Origin: Geothrix sp.
Lineage (GTDB): Bacteria; Acidobacteriota; Holophagae; Holophagales; Holophagaceae
Direction: 5' to 3'
Assembly (NCBI GenBank): GCA_035255365.1
Contig: DATEZS010000031.1
Coordinates: 12,940 to 76,939 of the forward strand
Length of the DNA stretch: 64,000 bases
A model generated the notes under the pieces. It had not been told where the DNA came from. It was given only the letters and a program-made list of their open reading frames with translations, and did no database searches. A program made the translations under genes and the position numbers. Shown one piece after another: positions 40,853 through 50,573 of the stretch; position 1 is the first letter of the stretch; the number at the start of each line of letters is the position of its first letter.

Positions 40853-43591
40853 TCAGGGCCGCATCACCAGACTGAGGGTGAAAATGGTGCGGCCCTTCTG
40901 CGCGCCGTTGAGGGGTCGATGCAGGCCCAGGTTCACGTGCAGCTTGCCCAGCAGGGCATTCGCGCCGCTCAGCTGTTCCGGGCCGAAATCCAATTCCACG
41001 CCGGCCACTTTCTGGAAGGGAGCCCGCGCGGAGCCCGCATCCCAGAGGACGGTGTGTTCCACATAGGCGCGGGCGATTCCACCCACTTCCGCCCGGTACC
41101 GCACGAAGCGGTTGCCAGTGGCTTCGTAGGCTGGAAGAGCCGGTTGGGCGACGCGATTGAGATCGAGGCTGGATGGAATCAGGCAGGGGTTGATGCCGCC
41201 CAGCTGGAAAGCCTCCAGGGCATCGCCGGAAAGACGCCCGCCTTCGGCCTTCAGGACCGCAGGCACCACGGGATTCAGCAGTTGCAGGGCGAAGGCGCCA
41301 CGCTGCAGAGCCCAGGACTCATCCTTCGGGCCATGGCCATTCTGCCCCGAAATCAGATCTCCATCCCATCGGGTACCGAAGCCCCACGCGCCCCGGGAGA
41401 AGGATTGACGAAGCCCCAACCGCAGCCCTCCCAGCAGGCGCGTGGTGACACCGCCGAGCGGTTGTTCCTCCTGCAGCTTCTGGACCCGTTCCCCCGCGGC
41501 CACCACGCCGATCCAGTACGGCAGCTCCCCCTTGTCCTCCAGGACGAAGGCCAGCTCCGCGCCGCGCCGTTCCCGGTCCAGATCCCGGGGACTGAAGCGC
41601 TGGCGGCTGGGCCGTTCCAGGGCGCTGAAAGCAAGGAAGCTGGGATTCCAGCGCCAGGCCGTGGAGCTGATGCCCACCAGAGCACCGCGCGGACCCGCGC
41701 CATCTCCAACGCCCGCTAAGACTGCCCAGGAGAGCCGGTTGAGCAGGTCGGCCCCACCGATGCCGAGCTGGTAGCTGTAACCCTGGGGCACCCAGGTCAG
41801 GCTCGCCGCTGGCCGAATGGTCTGGTTGTCGGCGCCTCGGTAGGGCACCGAGGGCGGCACAGGAGCAGGCGCCGGCAAGGGATCGGGCTCAGGGGCGGGC
41901 GGCAGGATGGCCCGCTGGGTGAGGAAGCCAGCGGCATCCCTGGGCAAGGACGCGGTCGGTGCCTGCGCCAGTTCCATTACGCGGATCTCGGTGCCTCGGG
42001 CATCCAGGCGCGTGAAGTAGAGTTGCTTCCCATCCGGCGTGGGGACGGGGTTCCACGCGGCGGACACCGTGCGGGTCAGGCGTTGGGGCGCACCGAAAAC
42101 AAGTTTCCCCGCCGTTTCCTGGAAGGGCACCCGCACCAGATTCCAGGTGCCTTCCAGTTCGCACCCTGTGTAGATGAAGCCTCTTGGTGCATCCACCCAG
42201 GCGCGGCCGGTGGCCTGTCCCGGCAGCGGGAGCGCCTGCCCCCGGTACTCCAGCACCCACTGCCCCTGGCGATGGATGGGCCACAGCACTTCTCCGGCGG
42301 GAGCGGGCGGCCTGGCGGGCTTCAGCTCGGTCCCCCGGCCCATGCGCCAGAGGGCTGGCTGGCGGGTGAGCACACCTTCTTCATCCCGGCGCTTGAGCTC
42401 GAAGCGGATGGTGGTGTCGTCCACCCAGAGGGCCCGCTCCGGCAGGTGGCCGTTGATGGCCATCAGGCGCACGGTCTTCCGCCAGGGAAATTCGGGCGCC
42501 ACATCCCTCACCTCGTTGAGGTCCGCGGCATCCCGGGCTTCCTCCCGCTGCTTCCGGCGGGTCTTCCCGGGCTCCTTTGCCTCCAGGTCCACGACCACCA
42601 GGCCGGAGTCCTCGGGCTTGTGGGCGTAGCGGGCCAGCAGCAGCTTGCCGTTGGGACTGAGGGAGAGATCTTCCACCTTGCCCGGGAACCGCGCGAAGGC
42701 CGTGCCCTCCACCAGGCCTGCGGCTTTCAAATGGTCTTCCCAAGTCAGGGCATCATGGGAGAGCTCAGCCCGGAAGCGATCGTAGCCGTCCTTGGGATCA
42801 AAGCCGAAGGTGGCGGTGAAGGACATTGCGAAATTGCGGCGCTTGCGGGAGGCCAGCTGCTTCCAGAGCCTCGGCAGGATGTCGGGAGTCCCGGGCCGCT
42901 GGCGCTCGAGCCACTCGAGGTAGGCGCTCCCCACCATGTAGGCCATGTTGCCACCCAGGAAGCCGTCCTGGCTGCTGAGGGCCTCATAGTCCGGCAGCTT
43001 GCCCTGGACGGCCCACTGGCGGAGGATCACGGCGCGGATGGCACTGTGGGGCCGGCCCGAGCCCGTGAGTTTCCCTTCCACCAGGGTGGCGTAGCCCTCC
43101 GACACCCAGCGCGGCGCCTTGAGGACCAGGGGCCCCAGCGGCAGGCCCACCAGCCGCGACAGCAGGCCGCGGCGGTTCTGGGGACGGGTCAGGTGCTGGA
43201 TGTGGACGAATTCGTGGACGGTCACATCCTCGGTCCAGCTCGACAAGGCACCGGCGTGAAGGTCGTCGCTCTGCGGATGCGTGCGCCAAAGCATGACGAA
43301 GGGCTGATCCAGGAGGGGCATGGCCATGCCGTTGGCCTCCTGGAGCGGATCCACCAGCAACACCTGCACGGGCCTGGGGCTGGCATATCCCACCAGCGCC
43401 GTCACCTGGGCGTGGATGCCCTCCACCCGGGAGGCCACGTCCTTCGCCCAGTCGGCCAGCACGGGCGGGTAATGGATGCGGTAGTGGGCCGTCCGGATGG
43501 TGCGCCAATCGGCATGGGGCGCTTGGCGCGCGGGCGCGGCCAGAACGGCTGCTGTGGCCAGGAGGGCCGCCAGTGAAGAAAGTGGACGCAT
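40853..43591 (-). CDS. Exported multidomain protein: gluzincin-like peptidase, TolB-like propeller and probable beta-barrel
   Basis: Signal peptide, HEFVH and PRWVSEGYAT, LSLSPNGK and PTPDGKQLYF propeller repeats, C-terminal amphipathic strands. ATG at 43591. Confidence 0.7.
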   Translation of the reverse strand: MRPLSSLAALLATAAVLAAPARQAPHADWRTIRTAHYRIHYPPVLADWAKDVASRVEGIHAQVTALVGYASPRPVQVLLVDPLQEANGMAMPLLDQPFVMLWRTHPQSDDLHAGALSSWTEDVTVHEFVHIQHLTRPQNRRGLLSRLVGLPLGPLVLKAPRWVSEGYATLVEGKLTGSGRPHSAIRAVILRQWAVQGKLPDYEALSSQDGFLGGNMAYMVGSAYLEWLERQRPGTPDILPRLWKQLASRKRRNFAMSFTATFGFDPKDGYDRFRAELSHDALTWEDHLKAAGLVEGTAFARFPGKVEDLSLSPNGKLLLARYAHKPEDSGLVVVDLEAKEPGKTRRKQREEARDAADLNEVRDVAPEFPWRKTVRLMAINGHLPERALWVDDTTIRFELKRRDEEGVLTRQPALWRMGRGTELKPARPPAPAGEVLWPIHRQGQWVLEYRGQALPLPGQATGRAWVDAPRGFIYTGCELEGTWNLVRVPFQETAGKLVFGAPQRLTRTVSAAWNPVPTPDGKQLYFTRLDARGTEIRVMELAQAPTASLPRDAAGFLTQRAILPPAPEPDPLPAPAPVPPSVPYRGADNQTIRPAASLTWVPQGYSYQLGIGGADLLNRLSWAVLAGVGDGAGPRGALVGISSTAWRWNPSFLAFSALERPSRQRFSPRDLDRERRGAELAFVLEDKGELPYWIGVVAAGERVQKLQEEQPLGGVTTRLLGGLRLGLRQSFSRGAWGFGTRWDGDLISGQNGHGPKDESWALQRGAFALQLLNPVVPAVLKAEGGRLSGDALEAFQLGGINPCLIPSSLDLNRVAQPALPAYEATGNRFVRYRAEVGGIARAYVEHTVLWDAGSARAPFQKVAGVELDFGPEQLSGANALLGKLHVNLGLHRPLNGAQKGRTIFTLSLVMRP

Positions 43592-43649
43592 CGAAGTCTC
43601 CGCAAGCGAGATAATAACGAAAGCGCCCTCGCCCCTCCGGAGGATCCTG

Positions 43650-44099
43650 ATGCCATCACTCTTCAATCCCGCCGATCGGGAGGCCCTGGCCCACCGGCTG
43701 GCCGCCCTGGAACCGGGCACGACTCGCCAGTGGGGCAAGATGGATCCCGCCCAGATGCTCCTGCACTGCGCCATCGGACTGGAAACGGCCACGGGCGACC
43801 GGCCCATGCGGCAGGCCTTCCTGGGCAAGCTCCTCACACCTTTCATCCGGAAGCTCGTACTGGGCAGGAAACCCTTCCGCCGGAATTCACCCACCGACCC
43901 TAGCTTCGTGGTCTCTGACGCCCGGGATTTCGAGGCTGAACGCGCCCGCCTGGCCACGCTCATCGATCGCTTCGTCCGGCGGGGGCCGGAGTCGGCGGGA
44001 AAAGCGACCCACGCCTTCTTCGGCCGCCTGAGCGGCGAGGAATGGGGCCGTCTCATGCACAAGCACCTCGACCACCACCTGCGGCAGTTCGGCGTCTAG
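43650..44099 (+). CDS. DUF1569 (DinB-like) protein
   Basis: WGKM...QML.HC, HAFFG.LS..EWG...KHLDHHLRQFGV. Confidence 0.88.
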   Translation: MPSLFNPADREALAHRLAALEPGTTRQWGKMDPAQMLLHCAIGLETATGDRPMRQAFLGKLLTPFIRKLVLGRKPFRRNSPTDPSFVVSDARDFEAERARLATLIDRFVRRGPESAGKATHAFFGRLSGEEWGRLMHKHLDHHLRQFGV

Positions 44100-44120
44100 A
44101 AACGAAGGGGTTCCCTTCTC

Positions 44121-44633
44121 CTACTCTTCATCCCCGCTGGCCAGGGCCACCTGCCAGAGGCCCATGGGATCCGGGTGCATCAGCCATTCTGAAACGATGG
44201 GACGCCGGGTCCAGGCCCCCATGGCCAGCTCCTGGTCGAGCTGGTCGGCACCCCAGCCCGCATAGCCCAGGAACAGCCGGTACCGGGCGAGGGGATCCGC
44301 CAGCAACGACTCAAGCAGGTCCTTCCGGTGGCTGACAAAGTGCGTGAGATCCACCACGGTGTCCTCCTCCTCCGGCAGGCCTCCCTGGACCAAAAGGATG
44401 CCCCGCTGCGGATCTACGGGGCCCCCCCGCCAGGCCGTTGCCTCTTCGGAGCCCTGGTAGGCCATGCCGCCGTCACTGCTGACCTGGCTCAGCGTCAAAG
44501 GCAGAGCGCGGTTCAGGATGATCCCCAGGGCGCCCTCCTCGTCATGCTCGACCACCAACACGACGCTATGCAGGAAATTGGGATCCAGGAGGGATGGACT
44601 GGCCACCAGGAGGCAGGGAGCTTCGTAGGACAT
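44121..44633 (-). CDS. YqgE/AlgH family protein
   Basis: LVASP.L.DPNF..SV, GALG.ILNR, GGPV, GYAGW...QL..E. Confidence 0.9.
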   Translation of the reverse strand: MSYEAPCLLVASPSLLDPNFLHSVVLVVEHDEEGALGIILNRALPLTLSQVSSDGGMAYQGSEEATAWRGGPVDPQRGILLVQGGLPEEEDTVVDLTHFVSHRKDLLESLLADPLARYRLFLGYAGWGADQLDQELAMGAWTRRPIVSEWLMHPDPMGLWQVALASGDEE

Positions 44634-44734
44634 GATGCCGATGATCATAGCTCATCGATTCAGGTCCGTTTCCTTTTGGATGCGACCCGAGCAGGACCGC
44701 ACCCCAATTTCGAAACAGGCCCTAAGCTGAAAGG

Positions 44735-45490
44735 ATGCGTCAGCGTCCGCCCTCCCATCTCGGTGCCCTTCATGAAGGCTTCGCACTGTTCCGCCGCCAT
44801 CCGTTCATGGCCCTGGCCCTGTCCTGCCTGGCCATGCTGCTGACCCAGATGGGCCCGGCGCTGGAACTGGCCGCCCGGGTGGAATCCACCCTGGTGCTTC
44901 AGGCCGTCTTCGGCTTCGTGGCCCTGCTGCCCCTCGAAATGTATTTCCTGCCGAGGCTCCTGGCCCGCCTGGATGCGGAGACCCTGGATCTGCCGGGGAA
45001 TCCCACCGCGAGTTGGGAGGAACGTTTCGAGGCCAGATGGATCAGGAGTTTCCTTGCAAGGCTTGGGCTTTCGGTGGCCATCGGCCTCGGGCTGCTGCTC
45101 TTCTTCATCCCGGGCCTCATCGTCCTGACGCTGTTCGGCTGGATGCCACTGCGCATCCTCCTTCGGGGCGACGACTTGATGGATGCCCTGCGCTGGAGCC
45201 AGGGCGCCATGGCGCGGCATTGGCCCCGCGTCGTCCAGGCGGTGCTGGCCGTCATCCTCGTCGCCCTGTCCTATCAACTGGGCGCAGGCTGGCTGCTGGA
45301 TCGCGTGCTGCCGCCCTCTCCGCCCGACCTGGGGCCCGACGCCCTGCTGCGCCTGAAACACCCGGCCTTCTGGGTGTTCAACCTGCTGGGCGGCGCCCTG
45401 AACCTCTGGATCAGCTGCACGCTGCTGGCCCTGTATCACCGCCTGGAAGCCGCCGTGACGCATCCCCTGGGCGAAGGTGGACCGGCCTAG
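44735..45490 (+). CDS. Hypothetical integral membrane protein
   Basis: About 5-6 hydrophobic segments, LLLFFIPG motif; fills the gap between neighbouring genes. Confidence 0.7.
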   Translation: MRQRPPSHLGALHEGFALFRRHPFMALALSCLAMLLTQMGPALELAARVESTLVLQAVFGFVALLPLEMYFLPRLLARLDAETLDLPGNPTASWEERFEARWIRSFLARLGLSVAIGLGLLLFFIPGLIVLTLFGWMPLRILLRGDDLMDALRWSQGAMARHWPRVVQAVLAVILVALSYQLGAGWLLDRVLPPSPPDLGPDALLRLKHPAFWVFNLLGGALNLWISCTLLALYHRLEAAVTHPLGEGGPA

Positions 45491-45702
45491 GCTTCATCCT
45501 CGAAGTAGCCAGGATCCTCCACCTCGACCAGTTCACCGGCCGCCAGTCTGGCCAGCTGGTCCGGACTCAGCAATGCACTTTGCCAGCGGGGGTCGCTGCG
45601 TCCATTGAAGAAATGCGCCGAGGCCTCCGCGGCGTTGTAATCCTCCTGGCTGCGCCAGAGGTGCACCCAGCCCACATGGTTGATCCGGGCCCAGATGGTC
45701 AT
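45487..45702 (-). CDS. Small hypothetical protein
   Basis: 71 aa; ATGA overlap with the MogA-like gene; GC-biased codon usage. Confidence 0.65.
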   Translation of the reverse strand: MTIWARINHVGWVHLWRSQEDYNAAEASAHFFNGRSDPRWQSALLSPDQLARLAAGELVEVEDPGYFEDEA

Positions 45703-46184
45703 GTGCAGGGCCCCCCGGCCTCGCCTTCCTTGCGCAGCACCGATACGCCGTGCGTGAGGAGCGGCCAGGCGAGCTGGATCTGTTCAAGGGCGGCGGCGGG
45801 CCGGCCCGACAGGTTGAGGATCACGGTACGCCCGGCGATGCCGCACACAGCCCGGCTCGCGAAGGCCAGTGGGTGCCCGCCCTTGGTCCGGATCAGCTCG
45901 CAGACGCCCGGCGCTTCCCGCTCGATGACGCGGCGCGTGGCCTCGGGCGTGGTATCCCGGGAGCCGAAGCCCGTGCCACCGCAGGTCAGCACCAGCGGGA
46001 TCCCTTCCGCAATCATCTTGCGCAGATCCGATTCCAGGGCCGCGGGATCATCCGGCATCAATTCTGCCGTCACCAGATGGACGCCCTGCCCTTTCAGCCA
46101 ATCCCGCAGCATCGGCGTGGACTCGTCGCGATATTCCCCCCGGGAAGCCCGATCCGACAGCGTGATGAGATGGACGCGGTCCAT
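45699..46184 (-). CDS. MogA/MoaB molybdopterin adenylyltransferase family protein
   Basis: TLSDRAS.G.Y.D, GGTGFGSRDTTPEAT, SRAVCGI, NLSG.P. Confidence 0.88.
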   Translation of the reverse strand: MDRVHLITLSDRASRGEYRDESTPMLRDWLKGQGVHLVTAELMPDDPAALESDLRKMIAEGIPLVLTCGGTGFGSRDTTPEATRRVIEREAPGVCELIRTKGGHPLAFASRAVCGIAGRTVILNLSGRPAAALEQIQLAWPLLTHGVSVLRKEGEAGGPCT

Positions 46185-46256
46185 GGGGCCTCCTTCGGGG
46201 TCTGCGAACCTTGAGGATGCCACAAGGTTCCGGCGCCGGAAATCGCTACCGGAGCC

Positions 46257-46673
46257 TCACCGCCTCACCCAGCTCAGCACCCACAGCACGCCCAGCATGG
46301 ACAGGGCATCCCGCTCGTCGGGATCCATGCGGTCGTTCCGGCGTTGCAGTTCCTCCGGGCCCGGGCCGCGCATGACCACCCGGTAGGTTTCCCGATCCGG
46401 GGCCTCCAGCAGCACCCAGTCCGGAGCCGTGCGGCCGACCACAGCGGCGCCGATACGAGGTGTCCCCGTCTTCCAGCGGACCTCCAGGGGCTCCCAGAGC
46501 CCGGCATTCATCCAGTGCCAGGTGCCCTCAGCAGGCACTTCAGCCAGAGGCAGTACCGCATCCCGGTCCAGGAACCGCACGATGAGCCGGGCCTGGGGTG
46601 GCGGGGCCTTCACCTCCGGTTTGCGGCAGCCGAAGAGTCCCAACAGCATGAGCGCAACCATGAGGATCCGCAT
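46257..46673 (-). CDS. Hypothetical lipoprotein
   Basis: MRILMVALMLLGLFGC lipobox. Confidence 0.6.
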   Translation of the reverse strand: MRILMVALMLLGLFGCRKPEVKAPPPQARLIVRFLDRDAVLPLAEVPAEGTWHWMNAGLWEPLEVRWKTGTPRIGAAVVGRTAPDWVLLEAPDRETYRVVMRGPGPEELQRRNDRMDPDERDALSMLGVLWVLSWVRR

Positions 46674-46748
46674 GTGCCACCCCCGGCGCCCATTCTGATC
46701 CCAGTCGCCCTTTTTCACAGGGCCCAAAGTCCACCAACGGTCGCCTGG

Positions 46749-48422
46749 CTATTTCCGGTAGTACGCCCGGATCGCCCGCACCACGGCGGCCGCATACCGT
46801 TCGCGGAATTCCGGGTTGTGGAGATTGGCGGCATCTTCGTCATTGGTGAGATTGGCCACTTCGATCAAAACTTTGGTGGCGCTGGTGCTGTAGCGGATCA
46901 CCGCAGGCACGAACTTCATGCCGCCGCGGTAGATGACGTTGCGAATGGGGCGATTGGCGTGGATCGGGATGTGTTCCTGCTGGATGGCCTTGAGCAGGGC
47001 TTCCGAGAATTGGCGGCTGCGGGCCTCGCTCTGGAGCTTCTCGCGGCCGGTAAAGGCCACTTTGGCGGAGCGCCTGGCCTCGGCCATGGAACCCAGGCGC
47101 GCGTTGCCCAGGGCAAAGGTCTTCGGCACCAGGGCAGCCCCCGGGACGTAGACCATCGAGCCCCGTGCGGAGGGGTGGAGGCTGTCCGCATGGAAGCTGA
47201 TGAACAGGGTCTTCTGGACATCCCCCTTGGCCTTCCGGAAGGCTGCCAGCAGATCGTTGGCCAGGATCCAGCGCAGGTGGACGCTCACGGCGGTGGGACT
47301 CTCGCCATCCACCGCAAAAGGCGGGTTGGTGAGGATTTCAGCGGCATGGCTGGGCGCCTTGATGTCATCGCGGCTGGTGAAGCCAAGTCCCGGATAGCGT
47401 ATGGTGCTGCTCACCTGGGCTTCGGTCTGCTCCTCGAGCAGACGACGCACCCGCATGCTGATGTCGTAGACGAAATCCGACTCCCAGATGCCGTTGGCGC
47501 GCGCCCCCGGGTCCACACCGCCATGCCCCGCATCCAGGACGATCCGGACGCCCTTGAGCTTGGGCCCTGCCTCCACGCGCACGGTGCGGCGCACCTCCGC
47601 TCGGACCTCCCGCTCCTCCGCAAGCTGCGAGCTGCCCTCGGGCTGGAAGGGATCCGCCAGATAGGAAAGGGGGATCTTGATGATCTGCCCCGGTTGGATG
47701 AACCGCACATCCCCTATGCCGCTGCGGGCGGCAATCTGGTTGGCCAGATCATTCACGCCCTTGGGATCGACCCGGTCCGTATAACGGAGGACCACACTCG
47801 AATAGAGCGCTTCGCCTTTCCGCAGGCGGTAGGCGGCGTATTTGCCCTTGGTATCCTCGCCGAAGGAAAGCATGCCACGATAGGCCGCAACGCGCGCCTC
47901 GTCGTCCAATTCGTCTTCCGGGTGGGTCCGGTCCGGACCCTTGCCCGGCCCCCCGAGATCCACCGAAAGCAGGGCCTGGGGAATCCGCCAGACATCGCCC
48001 TCCCGCAATTTTTCGGGGAGATCTGGATTCTCGGCCATGAGCCGGTCGTAGTTCTGGCCGTGACCTGTGAAGAGGTTGGCCATGGTCCAGACCGATTCCA
48101 GCTCAGGGTGGTGGACGCGATGTCGAACCTCGTCCTGGCGCCACTGATCCTCCGGGAACATCGCCGCAAGGGCCCAGCGCTTGCCCTGGGGCGACAGCTG
48201 CTCGAAAGGCACCCAGCCCGTCCGGGTGCCCCCCATCGCGAGGAAGGCGTGAGGAAGGAACTTTCCCTCCACGCTGAGCCCCTTGCGGAACTGGAGTTTA
48301 AGCAGGATCTCGCGGCCTTCGGGCGTCTGGGTTCGCACCAGCGCGGGCGCAGGCTCCTGGGCCGAGGCGACCAGGGCCGGAACGACCAGGGCCGGAACCA
48401 GGAGGAGGTTCAGGCCTCCCAC
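46749..48422 (-). CDS. N-acetylmuramoyl-L-alanine amidase (Amidase_3) with LysM-like N-terminal repeats
   Basis: LDAGHGGVDPGA, E, FISFHADS, VLIEVAN zinc motifs; Y.LRKGEALYS and IQPGQIIKIP LysM-like segments. Start approximate. Confidence 0.85.
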   Translation of the reverse strand: MGGLNLLLVPALVVPALVASAQEPAPALVRTQTPEGREILLKLQFRKGLSVEGKFLPHAFLAMGGTRTGWVPFEQLSPQGKRWALAAMFPEDQWRQDEVRHRVHHPELESVWTMANLFTGHGQNYDRLMAENPDLPEKLREGDVWRIPQALLSVDLGGPGKGPDRTHPEDELDDEARVAAYRGMLSFGEDTKGKYAAYRLRKGEALYSSVVLRYTDRVDPKGVNDLANQIAARSGIGDVRFIQPGQIIKIPLSYLADPFQPEGSSQLAEEREVRAEVRRTVRVEAGPKLKGVRIVLDAGHGGVDPGARANGIWESDFVYDISMRVRRLLEEQTEAQVSSTIRYPGLGFTSRDDIKAPSHAAEILTNPPFAVDGESPTAVSVHLRWILANDLLAAFRKAKGDVQKTLFISFHADSLHPSARGSMVYVPGAALVPKTFALGNARLGSMAEARRSAKVAFTGREKLQSEARSRQFSEALLKAIQQEHIPIHANRPIRNVIYRGGMKFVPAVIRYSTSATKVLIEVANLTNDEDAANLHNPEFRERYAAAVVRAIRAYYRK

Positions 48423-48958
48423 GGGGCCTCGCCCGTGGCGACACTTTCGCCTGAAAGCCCCGCACGAACCCAGGTTTGCATCGCCTCCTGGAGCGCTTCG
48501 GGCTCCCCGGAACGGATCCGGAGGAAGCGGGTCAGCCGCCGCTCGAGATGACCGGCGCCTTCCTCCAGCAGGAAGAGGCGATCGTGCAGGCGCTCGTGAG
48601 GTGCCTTCCCGGTGCTGGGAGGCAGCTTCAGGGTCCCCATGTCCAGCGTGGCCGCGTTCAAGGTGAACACCCACTCCAGATCGCCGGAAAGGATTCGCAG
48701 CTTCATTTTCGCGGGCCGCATGCCGCGGCTGAGCGCCTCGAAGGCTTCGCGGCTTTCCGAAGGGTTGCCCTTGCGCAGGGAGATCTCCTTCACTTCCCCG
48801 CGCTCGGACACCAGCTGGATCGCATCATCCACGAAACAGCCGGACCCATCACCATCCTGGCCGCTGGCCCCACCTTCGGTCATGCTGCGCATCCAGAGCC
48901 AGAGGAGAAATTCCTCGCCCAGGAATCGACCCTGCTCCATCAATTCAAGAGGCTTCAC
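48410..48958 (-). CDS. RdgC-related protein (second of a pair)
   Basis: FLGEEFLLWLW...EA..AL..G..P. Resembles the partner gene found next to RdgC-like genes in deltaproteobacteria (from recall). Confidence 0.6.
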   Translation of the reverse strand: MKPLELMEQGRFLGEEFLLWLWMRSMTEGGASGQDGDGSGCFVDDAIQLVSERGEVKEISLRKGNPSESREAFEALSRGMRPAKMKLRILSGDLEWVFTLNAATLDMGTLKLPPSTGKAPHERLHDRLFLLEEGAGHLERRLTRFLRIRSGEPEALQEAMQTWVRAGLSGESVATGEAPWEA

Positions 48959-48959
48959 C

Positions 48960-49571
48960 TCACGCCCCCTCAAGTTCGAGATCCAGAGGATCCATGGCCA
49001 TCAACATCTCTACGGAAAGTTCGGGGCAGAGACGACCCGACAGCACCAGAGGCGCCAGAGGGTGGATCTCGCAGCCGAAGGACTTGATGAAAAGGCCCGC
49101 CAAGGCGCCCTGGGCCTTGCTGGAAGATGCCGTCGTCCAGAGGACGCCGCCCTTGAGATCCCAGGCCACCTCGATGATGCGGGGTGTCGGCAGCACTTTG
49201 CGGAGCAGCTCGATCTTGACTTCATCCTGGAGGGAGATGCGGGCCTCCTTGCCGATGAAGGAAAGATCCTTTTCCTTCTGGAGGCTCTGGAGGCGCAGAT
49301 CCACGTGGGCCTTCAACAGGGCCGGTGGCACCCGGCGCGTGTCCAGACGAAGGCCGAACACGGCGAAGCGGTCCTGACCCACCCAATCAGAATCCGGCGG
49401 CGTGATGAGGGGGTTCCGCCAATCACACCAGCCCAGGCGTTCTTCCTCGACACCATCCTGGAAGGGACGGAACTGGTCCTGGTCCAGACCAGCCTGGAGG
49501 TCCGCCTCGTCCGGCACGGGGCCCAGAACGAGAAACCGTTTGAGGGACACCGTCCCCTGAAGCATGCTCAT
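48960..49571 (-). CDS. RdgC-like recombination-associated protein
   Basis: E...GW, LRLDTRRVP..LLK, EV..ELL..VLP, F..SFG match the N-terminal part of RdgC. Confidence 0.72.
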   Translation of the reverse strand: MSMLQGTVSLKRFLVLGPVPDEADLQAGLDQDQFRPFQDGVEEERLGWCDWRNPLITPPDSDWVGQDRFAVFGLRLDTRRVPPALLKAHVDLRLQSLQKEKDLSFIGKEARISLQDEVKIELLRKVLPTPRIIEVAWDLKGGVLWTTASSSKAQGALAGLFIKSFGCEIHPLAPLVLSGRLCPELSVEMLMAMDPLDLELEGA

Positions 49572-50488
49572 GAACGATCACCTCTGAAGATTCCACGCAA
49601 CCGGCCCCACAGCCCACCCTGGAGGCCATCCGTACCTGGCCGCCGCAGATCCAGGGGCTCGTTGGACGCAGGCAGGGGCAGGTTCGGATCGTTCAGGGCA
49701 AGCAGCACACCCGTGATGTTGTCCCGCCCGCCATGGGCAATGGCCGCTTCCACCAGCTTTTCCAGGGTGGCCCGGGGCCCCAGCTTTTCAGTCATCGCGG
49801 CCTGGATGTCCGCATCGGCCACTTCACCATGAAGGCCGTCCGAGCAGCAGAGGAGACGGTCGCCCCGCCGCAGAGTCACGCGGCAGAGCGCCACGCGCAG
49901 GGGCTGGGGGGAACCCAATGCCTGGGTGATCATGTTCCGTTGGGGGTGGACCCGGGCCTGTTCGCGGGTGAGGGTGCCCTGGGCCACCAGATCGTTCACG
50001 AGGGTCTGATCTTCGGTGATCTGGTAGAGGGTTCCCTGCCTGTGCAGATAAGCCCTGGAGTCGCCGATCTGTGCCACATAGGCAGCGCCTCTCCAGAGCA
50101 CCGCCGCCGTCAGGGTGGAACCCATGCCGCGGGCGGTGCGGTCATCATCGGAATAGCGAAGCACGGCATCGCTGGCTCGTTCCACGGCCGTTCGAAGGGC
50201 GTCCCAGAGTTCCTGTTCATGGGGCTCGTCCCCATTCTTCTGGCCCCAATGCCCGAACAGAAACAACGCCAAGGCGGCCAGGCCCTCGCGACTCGCCACT
50301 TCGCCGGCGGCGGCCCCACCCATGCCATCGGCCACGGCCACCAGGAACCCTCGGGATCCCAGTTTGAGCGATTTCGCCGGAGCGTTGATGACAGGCTCAT
50401 CGCCATCCAGCGCGCTAAGCAGATAGGCGTCTTCGTTGTTCTTCCGGACCTTGCCCGGATGCGTGATGGCAGCGTAATCGATGAGCAT
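49568..50488 (-). CDS. PP2C-family Ser/Thr phosphatase
   Basis: G.VRKNNED, VADGMGG, GMGSTLT, IGDSRAY, CSDGL, GGRDNIT. Confidence 0.93.
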   Translation of the reverse strand: MLIDYAAITHPGKVRKNNEDAYLLSALDGDEPVINAPAKSLKLGSRGFLVAVADGMGGAAAGEVASREGLAALALFLFGHWGQKNGDEPHEQELWDALRTAVERASDAVLRYSDDDRTARGMGSTLTAAVLWRGAAYVAQIGDSRAYLHRQGTLYQITEDQTLVNDLVAQGTLTREQARVHPQRNMITQALGSPQPLRVALCRVTLRRGDRLLCCSDGLHGEVADADIQAAMTEKLGPRATLEKLVEAAIAHGGRDNITGVLLALNDPNLPLPASNEPLDLRRPGTDGLQGGLWGRLRGIFRGDRS

Positions 50489-50573
50489 GAGGCGAGTAAG
50501 CCCGAACAAGCGGGGTTGCAAGAAGGTATGAAAGGCCCGTACCGTTCATCATACCGGGTGGAGGCCTGAATCA

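Noticed and set aside
48370-48399. 15-bp tandem duplication in the amidase signal peptide
   Set aside because: A simple in-frame slippage repeat (VPAL-V twice) with no sign of function.
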